From Octopus bimaculoides (Eukaryota), in assembly GCF_001194135.2 (NCBI RefSeq), contig NC_068995.1, positions 38,757,339 to 38,821,338 of the forward strand: DNA of 64,000 nucleotides. The letters are read 5' to 3'. This document shows, piece by piece, positions 21,340 to 34,200 of the stretch. Below the pieces are notes generated by a model. That model was not told the DNA's origin, did no database searches, and worked only from the letters and a program-made list of their open reading frames with translations. Each line of letters opens with the position of its first letter. Position 1 is the stretch's first letter. Position numbers and translations under genes: made by a program.

Positions 21340-22426
21340 TATGTATGTGCGATGGGCATGTATATAAACATATAATATGTTTGTGTGTGTGTGTGAGTGT
21401 GTGCGTTTCTGTGCCCATGAGAGCGCGTGTATGCGTAGACGAGAATGGATACACAAACAAAGACGGAATAGGATATAGACTAGGAAAAGAAGTCAACATT
21501 CGCATGTAGAAAAAGAAACGGAAACCACTTTCGTTAAGAAGGGTGCGGGGCAAAACAACAATTGTGTTTACAAGACAAAACATTCAGACAAGCAAAGCAG
21601 GGTATAAAAATATATATTATAAACAAAATATTTGCAAGTTCGTGAGACGGGAAGTAAACGATATAAATCGGGACCACAGCATGTTAGTCGGTGCTAAACG
21701 AGTAAAGCTAGAAACTACTAGAGAAAATAGTAACAGAAATAAATTAAGACGCAAAATTACCTTGAGATACGAATGGTATTTCGAATCAGAAACAGCGAAC
21801 AACTACCACCTTACACTAGTTCAAGATGTGAAACATGTATCGCTAAGGGGAAATATAGGGAAATGTATATACATTCACAGTACAACAAAAAATAGTCGAT
21901 GGAAAAATCAAACTTTAGGAAAGGCGCAATAGCTTTTATGTGATATAGTTTGTCATGATACAAAATATAAAAAAATCCTACGAAAATATGAATGAGTACA
22001 TATGAAAATGCGCCAAAAAGAAACGGAAAAGTAGCAGGATATATAAATTACTATATAGACAGGAAGCAGAACACTGTTTTATGGGTTTATACAAGGAGGT
22101 GGAGAAAGCAATAACATTTAGACATCAAAATACTTTGTAAAAAGGAAAAAAATAAACAATAAGAAACAAACTTTCTACAAAATGTCACACTGCAGGAGTA
22201 ATTGTTACACCAAACCTGGTGAGGCTAAATGTGGCACATATATGTGTATACATCCATATATAGATCCCTAGAAAGATTGATTGACATATATACACTCATA
22301 CCCACACATGTATATATACACACGCACATATATACACCTACCTACCTACTTACTTACCTACCTACCTACCTACCTACCTACATCCATACATACCTAGTTA
22401 CATACATTCATATATACAAATGCATG

Positions 22427-22467
<41 letters not shown>

Positions 22468-24204
22468 NNNNNNNNNNNNNNNNNNNNNNNNNNNNNNNNN
22501 NNNNNNNNNNNNNNNNNNNNNNNNNNNNNNNNNNNNNNNNNNNNNNNNNNNNNNNNNNNNNNNNNNNNNNNNNNNNNNNNNNNNNNNNNNNNNNNNNNNN
22601 NNNNNNNNNNNNNNNNNNNNNNNNNNTATATATATATATATATATATATGCAGGTGCATGTATGTATACATATTTATAGGTAAAAAAATAATGAGAGCGT
22701 GCTTTATATAGATAATATTTTCAGGTCGTTTCGAGGCATATGAAGAATGCCTACATAATATAAATAATGTTAATAATGTAATTTAGATGTTGAAGATGAA
22801 AGTAACTGTTTTTGTGTCGTCTTGAATGGCTTATACACATCTTCCACGCTGCAATTGCCTTTGTTTTAGCATACGATCTCAATCAAGTCACTATTTATTC
22901 AAGTTCATCTCCGTAATTTTTTGAAATCACTGTATTTGAATGTCAGCAATGACCTTCAGCAATGACCTTCTCAGGCTCATCAATATTTTAATTTCTAAAC
23001 ACAGACAAACGGGGTCAGGCTGTAGGGTTGCAAAAAATTCATAATTCCTCAAATGTTGTTCTTTATAGCATAAACATTTTGTAAAATATCAATATATGCG
23101 AGAGTGATAAAGAAACGAGGAGGGTCATCTTTGGATGTGCTAGAAACAACAGCCGAATCACCGTTTAATCACTCACTTATCCCTCTGAAAATATTAACAA
23201 GTGCAAAATAATTTGCCCAAAAAGGTCCGGAATGGGATGATGAGGGAGTGGAGTGTAGAAAAAAATTTTTCAAAACTTTTACATATAAACATGTCCTCCC
23301 ACCAACCCCATCATTTGAAAAGCTGTGGGAATATTGCCCGAAAAAAACTTTCCCAACCAATTTTCTTAAAATCGCAATGTGTGCCATTTGAAAGGGATTT
23401 GTGTAAATTTTCATCAAATGATACTCATTTTCCTGAAAGTTATGTGGGAAAAAGTGAGATTGTGTGAATTTTCCAAAATTCCTCTCGCCACCCCCTTGGA
23501 AAAATTATTTCCCATAAATCATTATGTACTCTGATTTCATAATAGCTCTGCGGTATTTGTAGAAACTTCTGGTAAAAAGTATCTATTTTTCTGGATGTTA
23601 TGAGGCAACAAAGTCGGGGACATATATAGCTGTAGTAATACCCTTTTATTTAAATGATGTTTTCATTTCATGTTTATTTCGTTCATTGTTTGCCATGTTC
23701 TATCTTCCCGTATCTCTCTCTCCCTCTCCCTCTCTCTCTCTTTCTCTCTCTCTCTGTCTCTCTCTCTCTCACACCCACACACACACACACACACTGCAAA
23801 GCTTACAGATGTGCTGCTGAATTGTAATCTCTATGTTGCTTTGAGGGGAAGGCAAAAGAAATTGCTTCTCCTTGTGTGTTGAATTACTGTGATGTTTGTT
23901 TAAAAAGCACTGATTATGACTGTGGTAAAATAATGAAAGCAATATGTACTATGCAAGTGAGCACTATTATACAAAGAAATAATTAGACGTACAATATAAA
24001 AATTGTTAGATTTGGGAATCAAATGTGAAAATAATAACAAGAAGCCCGCAAAAAACCCGGAGGACGGATTTCCGCTAATATATCTAATTTCTTTTGTACT
24101 TGAAACTCCTTTCGCAAACGTATGAATTTCTGACAAGGGATTCACATTTTGGCACAAGGCCAGTAATTTCAAGCAGTGAAGTAATTCAGTTATATCGATC
24201 AGAG

Positions 24205-24300
24205 TGTGCCAAGGGTGTTCATTTTATGAACCCGAAAGGATAAAAGGCAAAGTGGACTACGGTGGAACTTTGCCCGATGTGCTAACAATTCTGCCAGCTC
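24205..24300 (-). mobile_element. SINE family B, internally deleted copy
   Basis: GGATAAAAGGCAAAGTGGACTACGGTGGAA...GTGCTAACAATTCTGCCAGCTC. Confidence 0.7.
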
Positions 24301-24847
24301 AATATCTCATATTATTAGCTGTTTACCAACTGAAGTAACAATTAGAAATACGCAACTACTCAACTTTTACAAACGCATAATTTTTAACTGCAATATAAGG
24401 TAAAATTTACTCCATGTTTCAACTTTAGCATTTTGATTTTCAAATGTTGTTAGGGTATAAGTGTGCTGAAGCATTTCCTCCTTTTATTACAAGTTATAGT
24501 TCACATTACGATAAGAAACATTATTTTTAGTTATATGTAATTTATCTTCTCTTATAGAATTTTATAAACAGTACCCATTATCTGTTTAATGAAGCAACGG
24601 GCAAGACCGTTCACACATTCTAGTAGAATGGCATACAAGAAATACTAATCCGAATACTTCACCCTGTATTGTTAAGAATTTTGTTTTCTGTAACGAAAGT
24701 TCTGTGCAGTTGTCTTGTTAGATTTGCCATTTAAACTCAAATTTGTATAGGTAAACTACATGGAAAATTGAAAACTAATTTAACTTCTGAAATGTTAGGA
24801 AACATCAATAGCTGTATTTTCTCCAGAGATAGACAATGATGAAATAC

Positions 24848-24960
24848 GTAAGATGCATGTTTACAAGAATGAGTAGAAGAGGGCAGAAGATATTGAAGTA
24901 TTCTTAGACACAGATCTACAGATAATCTACTTATTACATCGAATATGTCAAGAGGCAATT
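24848..24960 (-). CDS. Candidate exon or pseudo-exon with an F-box-like motif
   Basis: DVISRLSVDLCLRILQYLLPSSTHSCKHAS fits the spacing L-(P)-x-D/E-L-x3-I-L-x-Y-L-x-P. The acceptor is an atypical TTATTTATTTCCGAG and the donor (TAC|GTATTT) is weak. Confidence 0.22.
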
Positions 24961-25004
24961 CTCGGAAATAAATAACAGAATGCAAAATATGGGCAAGCAT
25001 TTAC

Positions 25005-25043
<39 letters not shown>

Positions 25044-25232
25044 TCATGTATTTGTGCATGTATGTGGGGGTGTGTATGAGAGACAGATTGAGTGCAAGTG
25101 AATATGTTTGTCTATATGTGAAATATTGGAGCCATTTCATGAGCAGTTCAACGACTACATAGCATTAACTGACTGGAGAACTCAATACCTTTCACTGCAT
25201 GAGTGTTGCCAAGTAAAATTAAAATTGAATTT

Positions 25233-25476
25233 TCAATGAAAGCGAAATACAACCTTATAGCACCCATAATCTAAAGAAGCTATCCTCTGTCGTTCTAAGT
25301 TAATTTTCGTATACGATAATTCTACACTTGGTTCAATGTATTTTCTCGGCGAAATTTTAGATCCCAGATACACCACACACACACACACAACCACACACAC
25401 ACACACACACACCCACACACAACTCACACATACACACACACAACGCACATATACACGCACACACACACACACACAC

Positions 25477-25518
<42 letters not shown>

Positions 25519-25975
25519 TCAGACGATGCAGAAATATGATCCATGAGAATTCGCCTATCTTCAATTATAGGAGTAACTAAGTCGCAATCATCCGCATAAA
25601 AGAGGTTACGAATACGTGTTTGAGAATCTTTCAAATTGACAACGAATTGATGTAAGTTGAAGCGACGATCAGCAGATTGAGACTTTACTTATACCCAAGA
25701 ATGGCAATCCACACCAAAAGCATGCGTCATGGTAGCAGTAAAACGCAAGGAAAATAGAGTTGTGGTAAGTATGTCACTTTGATTGAAACTACTGATATTG
25801 AACCATGCTTCCATGCAAATAAGAAATCCTTTGTTTATCGACATCAAGTGACTTGGGAAACTACATTTTCTGGGTAACTTCCACTGAGATATCCTGTTCA
25901 CAGTATCGCGGGCCTAAGTTAAATGACAGAAACTTGATTGGGATCCAATTTCTTTACATAGCACAATTTCTGGAA
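25233..25975 (-). mobile_element. RTE-clade LINE RT fragment with an internal (CA)n expansion
   Basis: Remnants read PIKFLSF, KQG..TTLFSLRFTA, IRNLFYADDCDLV..LMDHIS and YLGSKIS. Confidence 0.8.
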
Positions 25976-28735
25976 TTATCTTGCAGTAAAATTCATATTC
26001 AATGTTCCTGAATATAGGCATTATTTGCAAGAACGTGAATGAGCAATCTGAGAGTGTTAATGAATTTGATAATATTAATGATGCATCAAAATTCCCAATG
26101 AATACGATATTGTGAAATAAGCCAAAGATGTAAAGAAAACTTAGAAGTGTCAAATGAATGCTGATTTGTTGATGAACGATGACCTATCACAATACAAATA
26201 TGCAATACCCAAGAGGTTGTCCGATGTTTTTTAACGCACAGCAATAAACGACTAGATACTATTTTGGATGCACTCTGTTTTAATAGTATGAGCGAAATGC
26301 AGGCATGGTCACAGGACCAGTTCTTCGTCGTGCATTGAAGATCTTGTGATAGGAGGCATACTTAAAACGCTCACAACTTGGCTTTAAGAAATTAATGATT
26401 TGGTTACCTTCAGAAGGGCAGACGCTTAATGTCAACATTTTATCGATTTCTCTAGCTGCTTGGCGTCTTTTCTTGGGAATGAGAACGTTTTTTGTAATTA
26501 TAGGTTATAACGCTAACGAAATGAAAAAACTCTGCAAAATAGAACAGATTTAGAAATTGATAATCCGCCAATTTTGTTAAGTGTATTTTGTCTCAAAATC
26601 TGAAAATCTGAAGCACCTCGTTCCACGTTATATTTTCTCATTTTATAAAGTTAGAAATACGATGAGAAGAATGTTAAGGAAGAGTTTAAAATCTCGAATA
26701 TTTTAGAAAAAGAAATTAAAGCAACGGAGTAATTTAAAGACAAGTGTCATTCTTTAACAATAGGATGAAGTCACTACGAAAACTATATATATATATAAAT
26801 TCATGCATATACATATATAAACATATATGTGTGAGTATGTGTGTGCAAGTTTCTAGTCTCTCATCTCCAAGTGATTACTTATACATGGAGTTTTATTATT
26901 TATAGCTTAGTATTCTCCTCAATTATCTGTCTTATATCAAAGATTGTTTCGGAACCACGTTAAAACAGCATCGTTTACTTCGCTAAGAACCATTATAAAA
27001 TTTAATGTTTGGATCACGAAGCTAAAACTACTATACGATTTACAATATTTCCCTTACTGCGATAATGAAGACGTACACCTTGTAGTGGGATGCAGATAAG
27101 CTCATCGGAATTATAACAACTTTTGGTCAAAAATAAAAAAAAATATCCTTATTGAAATATATATCGTAGTGTAAATTCGCTACCATACACGTTCATGTCT
27201 GTTAAACTTCTTTTGTTAGCTGCTCAACACTTTTATTAAATTGGTAGTTATAGCAACATTGATTACCAACATAATTGAATAATCCCTAATTTTGTGTTAT
27301 TTCTCTCGTAGCTATTAACCACTGCTTTTGCTCTAAATTCTAATCCTACTTATTTTAAAAATACATTAAACCTGTCTTTCAAAAAGCTCTCGACTTCATT
27401 TATATCCATTCACTTGAAAAATATGATTTTCTGAAATATGTCTTCCATGATAATGAAGAAACGAAAAAAAATATCTTTCCAGCGCATTGAATGCAGATGT
27501 GTTGCATTGATTCTGCATATGACTTGCATTACATGGGAAAACAAATATGCAACATACATACATGCATACATATATATATACATAATTACATAAACACGTA
27601 TATACGTACACACATACATATAACTGATTCAAAATAAATAAAATCAATAAATGTTTGGAATATGAAAATTATGAAAATAAAATATAAACTTATTTTTATA
27701 AAACTAGATCAAAAATATGAATACTTTTCAAAAGCAGTATGAGTTTGATTCTAGTTTCATATTCATATATGCCAGAAAACTATCTCTAAATAAAACCATA
27801 GAATTCTGAGTATTATTTGATGTGGAATATGCAATGATAATTATCGACAGATACCAAATACAATATCGTATGTAAAATAATCTCTTTCTGCTGAGCACAC
27901 ATTGGATGCTTCATATATATTTTATAAACATATAATTATGAGGTGTCAAGTATAAGATAAATCTATAGCATTTCAAGCGAATAAATGATACGCTGTTATA
28001 AAATTCAGCTGAAGGAACCTAGTCAAATCTGCATAAGATTGCAGTGAGTAGCTATAACGATAGCACCGTATATGCTAAGTGTATTATCGTTGTGTATGAA
28101 AACTATATTTCCAGAGAAATTATTATCGTATCCGTAATACCATACTTTATATTTTGATGGATGTATTTGCATGTAACCTCATTTTCTTGCATTTTACTCC
28201 AGGTAGGTTTTGTTCATTAACACCAAATTAGAATTTTTCCTGAAGTTACTCCTGAGAAAACTTATCTCAGTCCTTACTACTCTGAGTTTTTCATTAGTGC
28301 CCAGAAATGCTCATTTGTATATATACTGTTTGCAAAGGTTTGAGAATGCTGTTAGTAATACTGCTAGGATAGGAAATCCTTACCTTTCACTCAGATCACT
28401 ATAACTAACAGTCATTGATTTATGACGACGCATTGTTCAATTGTTACTCTTATCACACAATCATACTCGAAGATATGTGTTTGTGTATATATATTCATGT
28501 GCATATGTATATAGTTGAAATTTACAGAAAAAACAAAACGCAGGTGTATCAACAACAAGCCGGTGTATTAGCTGACGCTTGAGAAGGTGAGAAAGTCTTT
28601 TATATTTCGAGTATATTATCGCTGTGCCTGTAAACCATATGTATATATATAAATGTGTGTGTGAGTTAGTGTGTGTGTGCGTGCATACGTATGTATGTAT
28701 GTATGTATGTGCGTGTGTCAGAGTATCATGTATGA

Positions 28736-28826
<91 letters not shown>

Positions 28827-28955
28827 ATTATATATATGACCAAAGCACATTCAGTTGTAAAATATCGAAAAGTGATCAGAGAAATACCTATACTAACGAG
28901 TAAACTCAATTGCCACATCACAGTAGCTGTTCCATGTTAGAACTGATTTAACCCT

Positions 28956-29246
28956 AGGCATATCTTCCACCAGCTGTTTATTGGTGCATCGCTACACTCT
29001 TTAAATACAATTTATATTGATAGCAGGGCGGGGTCGAACCCCTACGATCATCTAGCAGACATCAGAATTGCGAGACTGATTCAGGTGCTCGCAACCGAGG
29101 ATAGGCCAACCGGCTCAAAACTGAGTCAGTCTTGCGAAGATGTTATGTGCTGGAGGATGGCAGGGTTCACTCCATCTGCTAGGAGTATATATTGTATATA
29201 AAGGTTGCCTCATCGCACCGATGACCAGCTGGTGGAAGATCTGCCT
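28956..29246. mobile_element. TIR-flanked ~290-bp element (MITE-like) containing a B-box and a hairpin
   Basis: Arms at 28956-28987 and 29215-29246 are inverted repeats with 28/32 matches. No clear TSD is visible. Confidence 0.6.
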
Positions 29247-30796
29247 GAGGCGAAATATATAATAACATAGAACACTCACTTTGATGTGGAGATTGACTTT
29301 ATATATATATTGAAGCATTCGGACAGTTTTTCGCAGCAAAAGATGAATTTTGTTTTAATATGGGATATATGACATAGAGAAACGTTGGGTAAACGCCAAT
29401 AATCAACATGGGTCATACTTTGATTAAATAAATCTGTTCTCTAATACTGCTGAAATATGTATTGTTACCTTTCAAATATGACATTTCATGTGAAAAAACC
29501 TGATATTATATTGAGTGTGGATATGTGTTGTCACCACGGTTCTATCATTTGTAAGTTTATGTTCGTATCTATATAACGTTCAATTTTTTTTAACAACAAT
29601 ACTCTAATGTTACAAAATAGCGGGGTGATATAAGTCTTACCGGCACTGGATATACATTGGGTCTGCAATTTGAATTTCTTTGTTGAAAGAGAAAAGAAAA
29701 CAGTATTCAAGGTCATAGATGAATGGCTTATTATAGACATGTCATATTATAATATCAAGTGTTACATGATGTATGATGTTGAAATGAGATTGATTCTTCA
29801 GTCAATTGTAATGTTTCGAGTGCATCATCTAATTAGTGCACTTTTTGATGCAAGAAACATATATGGAAATCGTATACACTGTGTAATAACCAGCGGCTTA
29901 AAGGCACCGAATGACTGTTTGTGTTCTTATTAAGTGAATAATTAAATATTATTGTAAAGTTTCAAGTAGGAATTAAATGAACTCTATGCACTTACTTCAA
30001 AAGTAAATACTGATGTAATTATTCAAGCTATTTCCTTCTAAAATGATGTCTAATGATTTCAGCCATGGCACTGCCAAAGCAGAGACCTCTGGGTTTACCG
30101 CTGACCCCGTGTACATTGCACGGAAGTACATTGTTCTTAAATATAATATTATCGAATTTCGACATGCTGTGTAACGATAAATACTTTCATGAACGTTTTA
30201 CTCCAATTGAGGAAACAGATACACAGAAATATATTTATATATAAATGAATAGAAAATGTAGATATGTATAGCAATTGCCTATTCAAAAATTAAAATTTAA
30301 CATTTATTAGCATAAAACAATATGATATATTATTCTTATAATGATATACCATAAGATAATAAACAATAGATTTTAAAGAGAAATTAATTAAAATTGGTTC
30401 GATTCTTACCCATAATAAAATTATAAAAATCCATTGTTTGCCGGCAAGAATGTCCTTTATGTAATTTTTTTGTTTTATATGAGGTTTCACAGATCCAAGA
30501 AAAGACTGAATTTAAATATATATTTGTTTTGAAGTGTGGGCGTTAATAATGAAAAACGAATGCAGAGATAGAAATAAACTAATATAACGGTCATTAAATA
30601 TATCTGTATACTATAAATATTTTAATCTATATATAACTTAGCGGATAAGATTTTTGGATTATCAGGAACAACATTTAAAAACATATTTAATAAACCATGG
30701 CTGAAGAAAAAATATCCCATTCATTCTTTTATATTATTAAAATGTAAATGCTATTAAAATAACAATACGATATTTATGTATGTATAAATAGTAAAC

Positions 30797-31446
30797 GGAT
30801 CTATTTTAAAACGGGGGCGCCAGTTTTCATTTATGTTTTATGTAGTGTTTTTGGTACGGAAAGACTTTCAAACTTCGTATACTTATCTATTTTGTGTTAT
30901 AGAACAGAAAAATATTTTTGTATTCGAATTTATTTCATGTAAAAAATTGTCTTATTTCGATAATTTCTACTAATCACTGACGTCTATTCAGTTTAAAACA
31001 GTTAGCGCTGTATCGTATTAATCCCCTAACTAGACTGTTAACCGTAACCGTAACCGTAACCCTAACCCTAAAACTAACCCTAACTCTAGAATCCGAACTC
31101 TAAAATTGTTACACACATAGATACGCACAGCGTAATTTATTATATAAACAATATATGCGTATAAATTACGATTAAACCGGATGAAATATGTCACAGGGAA
31201 TAACATTTTTATGACCGCCCAGCAGTAACTCTATTAAGCTGAATAGACGTCAGTGATTGGTTGAAATTACAGAAATACGACAGCTTTAACATGGAAAAAC
31301 TTGCGAATTCCTTTTCTTTTGTTAAGAAGACTAAGAGTAAAAGATGTTTGTTTTATATGACACATTCTACCAGTGTCCCAAGTTTCAAAGTGTTTCGTTA
31401 GTGTTTCGTTAAGAAAATACTGGCGCCCCCGTTTTAAAATAGATCC
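30797..31446. mobile_element. Non-autonomous DNA transposon, Merlin-like (GG termini, 8-bp TSD), 650 bp, with a telomere-like core
   Basis: Perfect 28-bp TIR GGATCTATTTTAAAACGGGGGCGCCAGT. TSD TAGTAAAC at 30789-30796 and 31447-31454. There is an internal inverted block AATCACTGACGTCTATTCAG and central (TAACCG)n(TAACCC)n repeats. The superfamily assignment is inferred. Confidence 0.85.
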
Positions 31447-32889
31447 TAGTAAACTTTAAACCTAAAACTGAAATTACTAAATTTTTAGATGTAAAATTTC
31501 ATCGCGGTGTTTATATGCATTTACACTTACGGAAGAATAGAAGTGACAAAATTTCACAAACGTAATTTACAAAGTATATATATACAACTGAGAATATACG
31601 TCTGTCTCTCTGTCCATCTGTATGTGTGAAACACTAAAGCTCGAGAACTACCCAAACCACTTCATTCACATTTTACACGTGCTTTATTAGGGCCCATGCC
31701 CCCAAATTTTTCAATTTCTAGCCTAATGCGGGCCGGGAGCGATTCTCACATCTCTTACACTATTTCAGTATTACGTATCAAATGTGAAACAATAACATCT
31801 CTATTTATGACGACGCATTGTTCAATTGTTACTCTTATCATTGTTACTCTTATGTATATATATATATTATTTAAAAAAATCAAAAAAGCAACAGCATATC
31901 AAGTAGTGACGCAGTACGACATTTCACGCGATTCCATTTTACTGAACAATGCAATCATTACATCGTATTAAATGCAGTGCAATCTTCATCTGTACAGATA
32001 AATAAATAAAATTTGAACCAGACGAACACATTAATATACTTTTTCTCAAATACATTAACTGAGCAAGAAGATGGAAGAAATTCGTGTTGTCGCAATTGCA
32101 GCTAAGAATAGACTACACATCCAAGAATCACTAGAAGTGCATTGGAGTCATACCTTGCAAAGCATTTATAGTAATTCATTTCTAATTCATTTATCTCTTT
32201 ATCAACTACTAAATCTAAAAGTAGAAGACTGTCTGTTTTGAATAAAGAACATGAGTGAGTTGACACCTCATGGCTACGTATGGTCATAAATATTGCCATA
32301 TCTATTCCCTTTCTTCTAACAGAAAGGAAGACATTAGGTGTAGTCAGCTGGATTGAAATTAACTGTCTATAAAAAAGATGCTGTGTAGGGGAAGGCTTTA
32401 AATCATGATGTTAATTACAAGTTAAAGGGGCCAGACGCTAAGAAACCTAGGATGTTAATACAGAGGAAATTTTGTATTGGGTCACACTGTGTGATTGCTT
32501 ATAAACAATATTGTTATGTTGAATAAAAAAGGAAATTTAAGACTTTTAAAAATGATATCATAACCAAAGTAGGTACAATGTGTGAATATGTCAATTAAAA
32601 GCATTAAAAATAAAAGATTACAATAAATCAGTTTAATATTCATTCATGTACTTAATTTATTATATATTAGGTGGTTTCTATAAAGACTGCTCAGGGAATT
32701 TACTTATGGAACAGCTGAAAAGACAAACATGCTATCTATATATTAATTTTAAGCCATGAATTAGACGAAAATAAAGATGTGTACGTACAGATACACACAC
32801 ATATTTATATATGTGTACACATGTATGCATACACCAATATTTATACATTTATAAGGATATAATATAACCATCTCGCATATACTTATGTA

Positions 32890-32954
<65 letters not shown>

Positions 32955-33409
32955 GCATGCATAATGGCACCTATACGTGCATATATGTACATAGATTTAC
33001 GCATGCACACAGGCATACACACACACACAGGAATACAGACATGCACTTACCCAATAACAGAATAATACTTACAACTGACACGCAAGCAAATAATCACACA
33101 CACACACACATTCCTATTTTATTCTGGAAAACTGTCACACCTCACGAATATATTCTTTGATATTTTTACCTACAAATATATGCCCTCAGTAGTATCCAGT
33201 GTAATTCATTGATTAGTAATAATGAGTGTATAAGCATTTTAAGCGTGCACAATTAATGATGATACAGGGGGATTTTGGCGCTGGCAAAAGACTACTTTCA
33301 AATTTTGTTAGACGGCTAGCAGTTTCGAGAAAGGAATTACGTCTATTACATTATCCCCCGATGTTCAAATGATGAAAGGCAAAGTCGACCCCTGCGATGA
33401 AATGCCAAG

Positions 33410-33683
33410 CATTCCAAACCCACCATCCCTATACATTTCATCCCATCCACCCCATCCCTTAGACCCCTCCCTTGCTTCCCCCACTCTCGCCTCCCTCACA
33501 CCGCAACATCATCAAACCCCACCCCACACAACCATACCATACCGCACTTCACCACACACCACCAAACCACACAACACCACCACACACCACCACTCCACAC
33601 ACCAACATACCACACCACACCACATCACACCCCGACACACACTAGCATAAACCACATTCCAGCAACTACACTATCATTAACAC
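33410..33683. repeat. 274-bp C/A-rich segment, copy 1 of a direct duplication
   Basis: Matches 35522-35795, with 3 substitutions found by eye. Confidence 0.95.
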
Positions 33684-33694
33684 GATCTCCGTAT

Positions 33695-33830
33695 TCAGCT
33701 GGGTCTTATTTTGTGGACCCTGGATAGATAAAAGGCAAAGTCGACCTCGGCAGAATTTGAACTCAGAACGTAACGGCAGACGAAATACCGCTAAGCATTT
33801 CGCCCGGCGTGCTAACAATTCTGCCAGCTC
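33695..33830 (-). mobile_element. SINE family B copy (a partial copy also lies at 33340-33395)
   Basis: AAAAGGCAAAGTCGACCTCGGCAGAATTTGAACTCAGAACGTAACGGCAGACGAAATACCGCTAAGCATTTCGCCCGGCGTGCTAACAATTCTGCCAGCTC. Confidence 0.85.
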
Positions 33831-34099
33831 TCTGCTCTGCGCTGTTGAAATACTAAGACATATTTGCATAAACATGCACGTGAATTTCTTGAACACCCCT
33901 CCCCCTGCATTTTGAGCTTTTGCTCTCCCCTCTTTCTCACGAAGAGGGTTTGAACGTTTAGCACCCTCTTTTCCATCTGAAACTGAGCGTCAATTTAATA
34001 TATTTTCTGTGTACGTGCTTTTGTCCTTTGTTGCATGTTTTTATTTGTATTTTCGATTTGCCTAAACACACACATACACACACATGCTCACACACACAT

Positions 34100-34200
34100 A
34101 TCATTTACTTGTTTCCCTCATGAGACTGCGGCCATGCTGGGACACCATTTTAGTGGAACGAATACATCTCAGTATTCACTATTTTGTTTTTGATATAATA
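34100..34200 (-). mobile_element. SINE family C 3' fragment
   Basis: TTTACTTGTTTCCCTCATGAGACTGCGGCCATGCTGGGACACC matches the 7190 region. Confidence 0.6.

Noticed and set aside
21543-21932. 129-aa Lys/Arg-rich ORF
   Set aside because: It has no recognisable motif and a purine-skewed low-complexity composition, so it is probably a decayed repeat.
23170-23640. Possible DNA-transposon-derived block with CCATTTGAAAG...TCAAATG palindromic motifs
   Set aside because: I could not identify TIRs or a TSD.
23900-24172. YISGNPSSGFF as a cadherin-like motif on the minus strand
   Set aside because: The surrounding DRE/DxD/DxNDN motifs are absent, there are no splice sites, and it is on the opposite strand to the cadherin-like exon candidate.
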